This document shows, piece by piece, positions 1 through 6,058 of a DNA stretch of 6,058 nucleotides (position 1 is the first letter of the stretch; every line of letters starts with the position of its first letter). The translations under genes and the position numbers were made by a program. The notes beneath the pieces were generated by a model. The model searched no databases and was not told the origin of the DNA. It saw only the letters and a list, made by a program, of their open reading frames with translations. This stretch comes from Tubiluchus corallicola (Eukaryota > Animalia > Priapulida): assembly GCA_030141605.1 (NCBI GenBank), contig JAQGDQ010002255.1:1-6058 (forward strand), given 5' to 3'.

Positions 1-503
1 TAGGACGAATTTCGTTCTAGTATGTTCGTGTGAAGTTCGTGATGATCGATAGCGAATTCCCGAAGCCTTTGGCTTTTTTTCAAAAAATGTCATCCCCAAC
101 AAGAGGCAAGAAAAAGAACAACATCTAGGAGGATAGTAATTTTGGTCGAGCCCTCGACCTGCATGTTATGAATCGATGCCTAAAACTCGATGTCACAAAA
201 AACGTCCTCTCCCTATCTAAAATTAATGGTTGTTGTGAAGCCTGTGCAAGTCTGCATAGGTCAAGTTCTATACCTGTATACTGGCTGTTAAACAGGTTTT
301 ACTGACTGTTTTTTGCTTTTCTAGTTTTGCTCAATGTTCAGTGCAGCGGTTTTGCTACTCATGTTTTCTGTAGTTCAATAAACACTTTTCTGTTGTGTGT
401 AGTGCAAATATTTATTATAGATTTTTGGTTCCTATTCACACTTCTCTGTGCCTAAACTCAATCATAACAAAGTGACTGAACAACAACTTCAAAAATGACT
501 TTC

Positions 504-506
<3 letters not shown>

Positions 507-552
<46 letters not shown>
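507..552. repeat. (AT)23 dinucleotide microsatellite
   Basis: Uninterrupted AT run read directly, 46 bp. Confidence 0.98.
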
Positions 553-553
<1 letters not shown>

Positions 554-557
<4 letters not shown>

Positions 558-930
558 GGAATATAATAGGTATTTCATAATTTGTATTGTCAGTAACACG
601 CTAGGAAGTGGTTACGTTGGAGTCAACGAAATTGCCTGTGGACAAAACGTATTGTTCAGAGCGTGGACAACGAGTTACTAGTTGGAGTGAAATCGGCGAA
701 CATAGACAAGATAGTTGTGATTTCGTTTAGCAATACAGACGCGTAAGTAACGCAGGTACACTAATGAACACTAGATTATTCATTCTGCAGTGATTCTAGA
801 GAAAGGGTTAACATTGGTTTAATGAACTGGTGGTACTTTTTGTTCTCATAACGAAAAAATATGATGCACGGGTGCAACACTCCTGCCACAGGTGTACTTC
901 TTGTTACTGCTTATTTTGCAGGTAAATAAA
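554..930 (+). mobile_element. Decayed LINE 3' end (ORF2 C-terminal Cys/His knuckle region, stop and short 3' UTR), copy A
   Basis: Hand translation from 554: IGNIIGIS*FVLSVTR*EVVTLESTKLPVDKTYCSERGQRVTSWSEIGEHRQDSCDFV*QYR. This resembles the LINE ORF2 tail pattern (KFRLS..L.IE.....P...R.CxxC....H.xxxC.....R): C at 653, CGT at 662 (one transition from TGT), H at 701, C at 716. After a frame change it ends ...RVNIGLMNWWYFLFS* (TAA 849-851), with AATAAA at 925-930. The QYR and GLMN blocks recur in copy B. In-frame stops indicate decay. Confidence 0.6.
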
Positions 931-1450
931 ATGGAAATCATTTTTTATTTAGCATTTGTTATTTTATTTATTGTCATTTTTGGCTACTTGTAAATGTTAT
1001 GTAAATATTTATTGTATACTTGTAATTTTTGTTCATGTAATACTACATACCTCGTTCTTGTACTATATCGTATTGTATACTAGCTGTTATTATATAAGCA
1101 ATATTTGCAATAAAATGCTTACTTACTTTTTTACCATAGATAACAGCCTATTTCACGTAGCTACAACTTCAGTTTAAAAGAAAAGTGAGTAAAAACTGCG
1201 CGCAATTTCAGACCATAGATGGATATGTTCTGAGGTCTAAAATACGGTTTTTACATTAAGCAATATCCCAGAACCCCAACTTTTTGTTTTTAATTGTTTC
1301 ACGTTCTAAATGCACTTAGCTTAAGATGGGAAAAACACCTGCTTCTCGGAAACATTGCGCAATTATTCTTTCTAGTTGGATTAACAAACGTAAGACTTAA
1401 TTGTTGTAGATAATAAAACGAATATGTCACAACATGGGTCAAAATAAGGT

Positions 1451-2618
1451 ATGGCCAAAATCTTCCTGTTTTAATTAAAGGTTTTGCTAAAAATGACATA
1501 GAAAATTTTTTTAAGCTGTACTATGCAACGTAATGTCTTTTTTAAAAAATAAATTCGATATCAATTACACGTCAGTATGGTATACATGGTGGGCATTGTA
1601 GAATAGGAAATTAGAAAATTATAAGGTTGATGCTTTTAAAAGTAGGACACCGTTAATTATTGACCAACAGTTACTCATGTTATATACTCTCAAATAAGCC
1701 AACTGCTCTTGAAAAGATGTTGAAACAGGTTGAGAATGCTGCTATTGCAGGAAAATATGTAATTTCATTGGGCGATTTAAATACTAGACAATCATTATGT
1801 GATCATGGTACCTCAAACAATCATGGCGGGATAATTGCTGAATTTCTAAACGAAGTTCGCGTATCTATAATTAACTCTTGGGTTAACACTTTGGAATCTT
1901 GTAATGGTTTTAGTACCATACATATGTGCCAACCAAGTCATTTAACCAACCGAGTTATTTAATATTAAATTATTGGGTGGATAAGAACGTTGAACTATTC
2001 TCTGGTGCTTCTCTTAAATGTCACAATCTTGCTTGGTTTTACTTGAGATAACTCCCAGTAAGGTTTAAGAAGTGAATAAGTACAAGGTTGCATGCCTAGA
2101 GGTAGGCTTTTTAGGCATGTTCACATTATTCGCAGTCTTATGAGAATTTTGTATCAGAAACCATGATTCAACAGGGTTGCTGGTGTTTACGTAAATTTTC
2201 TTCCTCCATTGCAATAGTCCAATTGTCCAATCTGCAACAATCCCAGCATGGTTTCTGATATTGCCATATTGAGCATTTTAGTAATAATTTACTAAAATGT
2301 AGAATTAATTTCAAATTTAGATCTACAGAAAGCAAAAACGTTAGGTGGTCTTTTAGTCAAAAGAAGTCACTTGGCGCTGGATTTATGCAAGAGCCACAGA
2401 AGTTACTCATCTGCCTGCTCTGAAAGTGAAGAGGATAACATACACGTTGCATTTTTTTGCAGATTGTATGATCAATATAGACTTTTGTTTCCAAATTTGT
2501 TTACTGTATGCTTCAATACGATGGATATCGGATTAAAAGCGAGCTAATTAGTTATCGTTATAGTGTTACTTGAATCAAACTAACAGGTTTAATGAACTGA
2601 TTAGACGCGCTCTTATAA
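1451..2618 (+). mobile_element. Decayed LINE ORF2 remnant, copy B: APE-type endonuclease plus C-terminal knuckle, RT absent
   Basis: ORF 1660-1962 has VISLGDLNTR (GDLNTR 1771-1788, cf. APE GDFNAR), then SNNHGGIIAEFLNEVRVSIINS (cf. N.NG..L..F......L.ILN). ATG 1451 gives MAKIFLF, then a frameshift to IKGFAKNDIENFFKLY, a plausible APE motif-I start (inference). 2296-2547 reads ...RSHLALDLCKSHRSYSSACSESEEDNIHVAFFCRLYDQYR (C 2416, H 2443, C 2458), a typical ED..H....C..Y...R LINE knuckle. Ends GLMN*LDALL* at 2618. Many stops and frameshifts. Confidence 0.75.
1660..1962 (+). pseudogene. APE-like (exonuclease-endonuclease-phosphatase family) endonuclease fragment of the LINE
   Basis: ORF-track 100 aa frame carrying GDLNTR and the downstream N-x-G helix motif. 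The TTG start is not a credible eukaryotic initiation site; this is an open remnant of a longer ORF2. Confidence 0.75.
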
Positions 2619-2889
2619 CAAATGAATGTAATGATTTTTGACAGGTCAGCTATTTGATCAGCCGGATCATTACTTTGCGAATCAATTTATGAAAAATTGT
2701 TTATGGAAGTTTTTAATTGGTACACGTTTTATTATCCTCATCCGTCAGCTAACTCTTAATGTGGTCTTACGGTCAGCCAGTTGCTCCTTAAATTAGTTTG
2801 TCTTGGCTTGGCTTGGTAGTTGATAAGTCAGTCAACTGACTAGCTGGTTTAAAAACACCTTTAGAGCCGCTGTTTTTTTTTTATTTCAG

Positions 2890-3045
2890 GAGGGTCTATT
2901 GGAATTCAGACAAACGTAGAGGTCTCACCTTCACGATGGAATAATTCACAGTTACAAGAATGTCCTCGAATTATCCCAGCACTCACACCTAGCCTATTCT
3001 CAAATGTTGCACCTGTTATCAACTTTGGATTACCTGGGCAAATTG
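2890..3045 (+). CDS. Internal coding exon of an unidentified host gene (156 nt, phase 1-1)
   Basis: Strong acceptor (T-run then ATTTCAG, AG at 2888-2889) and donor TG|GTATGT (3046-3051). Length is divisible by 3. Only the phase-1 frame is stop-free: GSIGIQTNVEVSPSRWNNSQLQECPRIIPALTPSLFSNVAPVINFGLPGQI. No domain recognised. Confidence 0.7.
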
Positions 3046-3375
3046 GTATGTCTTAAACAAAAACTAACATAAATATGCTATGTCAATATAGAACATTATG
3101 CATATTACGCTAACATGCCAAATTAAATTAGAGACAAAAACACGGTTGTTTTTTTAGCATAATTTAAACCATTCCATGAATTTGATTCGCAATAGCTCTT
3201 AAGCACTTGCGCCTTTTTGCGCTTGTTCGAAGTTTGTTCATTTAACATTATGAAAGTGCTTAGTACCTAGCTTCCAAAGTTAAACAGTGCTGAACCTAGT
3301 ATAACAAATAGATGATTGACTAAAGTGTGAGAGTTTCCAAGCCCTATACTGCCTTCGGCTGTCTCTATATTTGAC

Positions 3376-3439
3376 TTACACCACCACCTGTGAATATATA
3401 TAAATATATATATATATATATTCACAGGTGGTGGTGTAA
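3376..3439. repeat. 64-bp near-perfect palindrome: 19-bp unique arms around a TA tract
   Basis: TTACACCACCACCTGTGAA (3376-3394) and its exact reverse complement TTCACAGGTGGTGGTGTAA (3421-3439). The 26-bp spacer is (TA)n with one substitution at 3403. Confidence 0.97.
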
Positions 3440-3484
3440 TATATATATATAATTATAATCATAATAATATAAATACGTAATTAT

Positions 3485-3535
<51 letters not shown>
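3440..3535. repeat. Compound TA-rich microsatellite (pure AT run 3493-3535)
   Basis: Read directly: degenerate TA/TAA/TACA units followed by a 43-bp pure AT run. Confidence 0.95.
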
Positions 3536-3538
<3 letters not shown>

Positions 3539-3842
3539 CTTTATTCGGTAAGGAGTAAAGGCCATTTAGTAAGGAGGATCAAAGTTTTATTGATTTGCTC
3601 AAGATGTGCTCAGATTGAAATGGGGTTACTTTTATGGGCGCCCTGTAAAACGGCCCCAATAAAAAAAAACTAAAAAAACTTAAGATTGACCAAAAATGAT
3701 CTCCAACAGGCCACTAATGTATTCCAGCACTCAAACTGTTTGTATGCGAGTTGTCATATAAACTCCTCTCAGCTCCCACAGTAATATAATATGTATTTAT
3801 TTAGATGAAGACAATCACATGGCTATTTGTTATAACTTCCAG

Positions 3843-3923
3843 GTTGGGAAGTATTAGAAGCATTCTGCAGGCAAGGAAAACATCTGAATGGTGAAACCTT
3901 TGGCCATAGTGATTATCAAAATA
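3843..3923 (+). CDS. Candidate next exon (81 nt, phase 1-1); alternative upstream acceptor gives 3805-3923
   Basis: Acceptor ACTTCCAG (AG 3841-3842) and consensus donor A|GTAAGT (3924-3929). It joins in frame to exon 2890-3045: ...GQI-G-WEVLEAFCRQGKHLNGETFGHSDYQN. A competing acceptor TATTTATTTAG ends at 3804. Confidence 0.45.
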
Positions 3924-4457
3924 GTAAGTTTTACGATTTTGACGATTGTATCACAAGCGATTGTAGCTAAAATATATTAAAACGTCAGAGTTTTAAAGCA
4001 GCTTTTTTAATTTTATCAGCTTAACTTTTTCTGGGATGAATATTCCTTATCATCTTTGCATGAAATCAGGTACTCAAACAGGTTACTAGTGCACAAATGA
4101 GGTACGTACTTATTTAAGTACTATATTTAAAAAAGTAAATGTCCCGTATAGGTTAGCCTTAACAACCATGTCATCGCTGGCCTTTTGATGCGTTGTGGGG
4201 ATGGGTGGACTGAACTATCAGACTAGAGCGTCTTTATGTCTTAATACTCCCCTGAAGTCTCTGATCAGTTCTGCAAAATGTAATGGTAATGGATAAACAC
4301 CCGCTGAAGAATTAGCTATGGATGCCTGTAGACATGCTAGAAAAGTAGAAAGTTATTGCACACAAAAACGTAGTTTCAGTTTCTGACGTTTTACTTTAAC
4401 ACGTATGTTGTACAAGGTATCATCGACTTTAAAAACAAAAATTTAAAACTTATTTAT

Positions 4458-4935
4458 TTAAAATTTAAAGAACTTAAACAATATGAAATAAATATAATGT
4501 AAAATGGATCTGTGAAATGGGCCGCGACGCTCCGAAAAATTAGGTGCGATCTGAGAAAAAGCCTGTGTAAGTGTTGCGACTACACTTGACAGGTCTTCTA
4601 AACGGGCTTCATTCCGCATTTGATTTTGAGCTATAACATTACTAAGCTCAGAAAATTGTGAAAACTGATTATTTATGCGCGTAGACAAGTTTTGCATTTC
4701 TTGCGAAATAAAATTTAGGTTGCTCAGGTCTGTAGAACGAGATAGGCCTGAGTCTTGAAAGCTAGCGTGACACCGGACGTGGAACAGACGAAGGTAAATA
4801 GGCCACTTGGCTAGGCTGGCTAGCTAGGTTTGCCAAATTAACAGAAGAAGCAGAACACGAATCTAAAGAATCAGCCCAAGAAGCAGTTTCTAGACATGCA
4901 CTTAGACTTGTCCTTTCGACCGACTGTGAATTCTT
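4458..4935 (-). pseudogene. 5' internal region of the LTR element with a frameshifted, truncated gag-like N-terminus
   Basis: Directly downstream of the PBS. A Ser-rich frame (LETASWADSLDSCSASSVNLANLASQPSQVAYLPSSVPRPVSR*, stop 4762-4764) overlaps a second frame open 4823-4458 (..FQDSGLSRSTDLSNLNFISQEMQNLSTRINNQFSQFSELSNVIAQNQMRNEARLEDLSSVVATLTQAF..), which looks coiled-coil. It runs into AT-rich low-complexity sequence below ~4505. The gag identity is inferred from position only; no capsid or CCHC motif seen. Confidence 0.55.
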
Positions 4936-4953
4936 ATCCCACTTCTGACACCA
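4936..4953 (-). other. Primer-binding site complementary to the tRNA-Leu 3' end
   Basis: Minus strand TGGTGTCAGAAGTGGGAT, 1 nt after the LTR's terminal CA. The plus strand ATCCCACTTCTGACACCA matches, from memory, the last 18 nt (incl. CCA) of metazoan tRNA-Leu(CAA); this PBS is common in animal Gypsy elements. Confidence 0.9.
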
Positions 4954-4954
4954 G

Positions 4955-5265
4955 TGTTGCGGAGCCCTCCCCTGGGGGCTGCCAGGGGGTCGAGGGACGC
5001 GAAGACGGCTGAGCAGTCAGCTTTCGTTGGCGCGCTTTGCATTCCACTAGGACGGAGTGCAGAGAAAGAAATACAAAAGATAAATAATCAGGTTCAAACT
5101 ACGCCGTACCTACCCCAAACGACAATCCTGTTAAGCACTGAAAAGAGCAGCACACATGGTGGACGTGAGCACGACAGAGACGTAGTAACCTACGTGCTCA
5201 CCGCTTTTATAGCAAGTGACTTTGCGCATGCGCAAAGTTAACCTTGACTAAGCGTGGCCGCAACA
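4955..5265 (-). mobile_element. Long terminal repeat (311 bp) of a probable Ty3/Gypsy-like retrotransposon
   Basis: Perfect 8-bp inverted termini TGTTGCGG (4955-4962) and CCGCAACA (5258-5265), giving TG...CA. PBS abuts one end and a PPT the other. GC-richer than the flanks; contains a TATA box. Confidence 0.88.
5205..5238 (-). promoter_or_regulatory. LTR U3 promoter: TATA box plus NRF1-type palindrome
   Basis: Minus-strand TATAAAA at 5211-5205. 7 nt upstream is the perfect 20-bp palindrome ACTTTGCGCATGCGCAAAGT (5219-5238), containing the NRF1/Ewg/P3A2 consensus TGCGCATGCGCA. Confidence 0.65.
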
Positions 5266-5278
5266 CTACCCCCTTCTT
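5266..5278 (-). other. Polypurine tract (plus-strand primer)
   Basis: Minus strand AAGAAGGGGGTAG (12 of 13 purines) immediately 5' of the LTR's TG. Confidence 0.82.
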
Positions 5279-6058
5279 AGCCTCCATTTGTCCTCAAATG
5301 GACTATCCTCTCGCTCAAAGGGGCTAGCAGAATGACGAATTAGTCCACCATGCATCCAACTCCTTTCATTACCTAAGGAAACAAAAATCGGTACAGGCAT
5401 TTCTTTATTTCACACCTAATCACGTACGTTACATAAATTCTGAATGTTCAAAAGTAATCTTCATTACACAAGCCATCTGAAATATTAGATACAACCAAAC
5501 TGATAATTACAATTCGTTTATAAAGCATAACGTACGTAAGAATAAGTCACATTTGTTCGTAAATCAGATAACAACCGAATGAATAGCTGTTACAAGTGTG
5601 AGAAAAAAGGTTACCAACTAATGTTTACTACTCCTTTAATGTAGCAAATAGAAAGTTAAATAGACGTAAATGAGTTTGCACCAAGTCAAACAAAAACTAA
5701 CTAATTATGCAAAGAAAATGAATAAATGAAATTATCAATTGGTCCTTCCCACAATCTAGTAATCAGACGAAAGCGGACCAATCTGGCTAAGATACCCAAT
5801 AACGACAGCGACAGTGCAAAGTAGGTACGGCTATGGCTACAAGAAATCAACAACGGGCAAATTAAAACGAGGTATTACTCAACGTTTCCACTGCACTGCT
5901 TCAAGGTCAAGATCCTGAAACAAACTGCAGTTAAACTCTTGCAGAAGCATAATTAAACAAATAAACGTTAAACACAACGCCAAAAAAATTTATAAAGTTT
6001 CTCCATAAGAACATGTAATTAAGAACGTCGATTCTACAGAAATGACGATTTCACTCAA
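5279..6058 (-). mobile_element. Probable non-coding 3' internal region of the LTR element (extent unknown, may run beyond the window)
   Basis: Lies upstream of the PPT on the element strand. No ORF in the track; persistent strand skew (A-rich on +, T-rich on the element strand). The far boundary cannot be fixed from this window. Confidence 0.45.

Noticed and set aside
125-159. Helitron 3' end (hairpin GGTCGAG-CC-CTCGACC at 144-159 plus CTAG at 125-128 on minus)
   Set aside because: Stem only 7 bp, CTAG is followed by A rather than the expected T, and no 5' end is identifiable.
956-1177. 73-aa + strand ORF from the track
   Set aside because: TTG start and Y/I/L/F/C-rich translation of T-rich low-complexity DNA; no motif.
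1299-1499. 66-aa minus-strand ORF from the track
   Set aside because: No motif; antisense to the start of the LINE remnant; length expected by chance.
2645-2841. Recurring GTCAGC words, (CTTGG)3 and small hairpin AGTCAGT-CA-ACTGACT
   Set aside because: Short and irregularly spaced; not an array or CRISPR. Probably LINE 3' UTR or chance.
3536-3783. MITE/DNA-transposon-like segment beside the TA tract (GGGCGCCC palindrome, A-runs, CCCACAGTA end)
   Set aside because: No matching pair of terminal inverted repeats or TSD found; needs a genome-wide copy search.
4218-4337. Minus-strand exon-like frame CLQASIANSSAGVYPLPLHFAELIRDFRGVLRHKDALV* after a TTTTCTAG acceptor
   Set aside because: Short, no recognisable motif, no partner exon, and it conflicts with the equally unproven + strand reading.
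4936-4953. tRNA-Leu gene or tRNA-derived SINE
   Set aside because: Only the last 18 nt including CCA match; no cloverleaf or A/B boxes upstream. Its position next to the LTR identifies it as a PBS.
4954-5241. 95-aa + strand ORF from the track
   Set aside because: Coincides with the GC-richer LTR on its antisense strand, GTG start; better explained as a chance open frame.
5103-5831. 11-bp inverted match GCCGTACCTAC (5103-5113) / GTAGGTACGGC (5821-5831)
   Set aside because: A few 11-mer inverted matches are expected by chance in 6 kb, and it does not extend.

Overview
AT-rich eukaryotic (probably invertebrate animal) genomic DNA; no prokaryotic operon, RNA gene or CRISPR array is evident. From left to right: an (AT)23 tract; two decayed, mutually related + strand non-LTR retrotransposon (LINE) ORF2 remnants (a 3'-end-only piece at ~554-930, and a piece at ~1451-2618 whose APE endonuclease lies almost directly next to the C-terminal Cys/His knuckle with no room for RT); one well-formed 156-nt symmetric + strand exon (2890-3045) plus weaker exon candidates at 3805/3843-3923 and beyond; a 64-bp palindrome centred on a TA tract; and a minus-strand LTR retrotransposon, probably Ty3/Gypsy-like. 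Its single 311-bp LTR (4955-5265) has a polypurine tract on the 5' side AND an 18-nt tRNA-Leu primer-binding site on the 3' side, so it is a shared/internal LTR. That junction is the best-supported oddity. A speculative second lead is that the exons at 3805-4330 are ruins of a CCCH/WWE (PARP12/TIPARP/ZAP-like) gene. I see no solid evidence for a wholly new biological system. Family assignments come from motif recognition by eye, not from searches.
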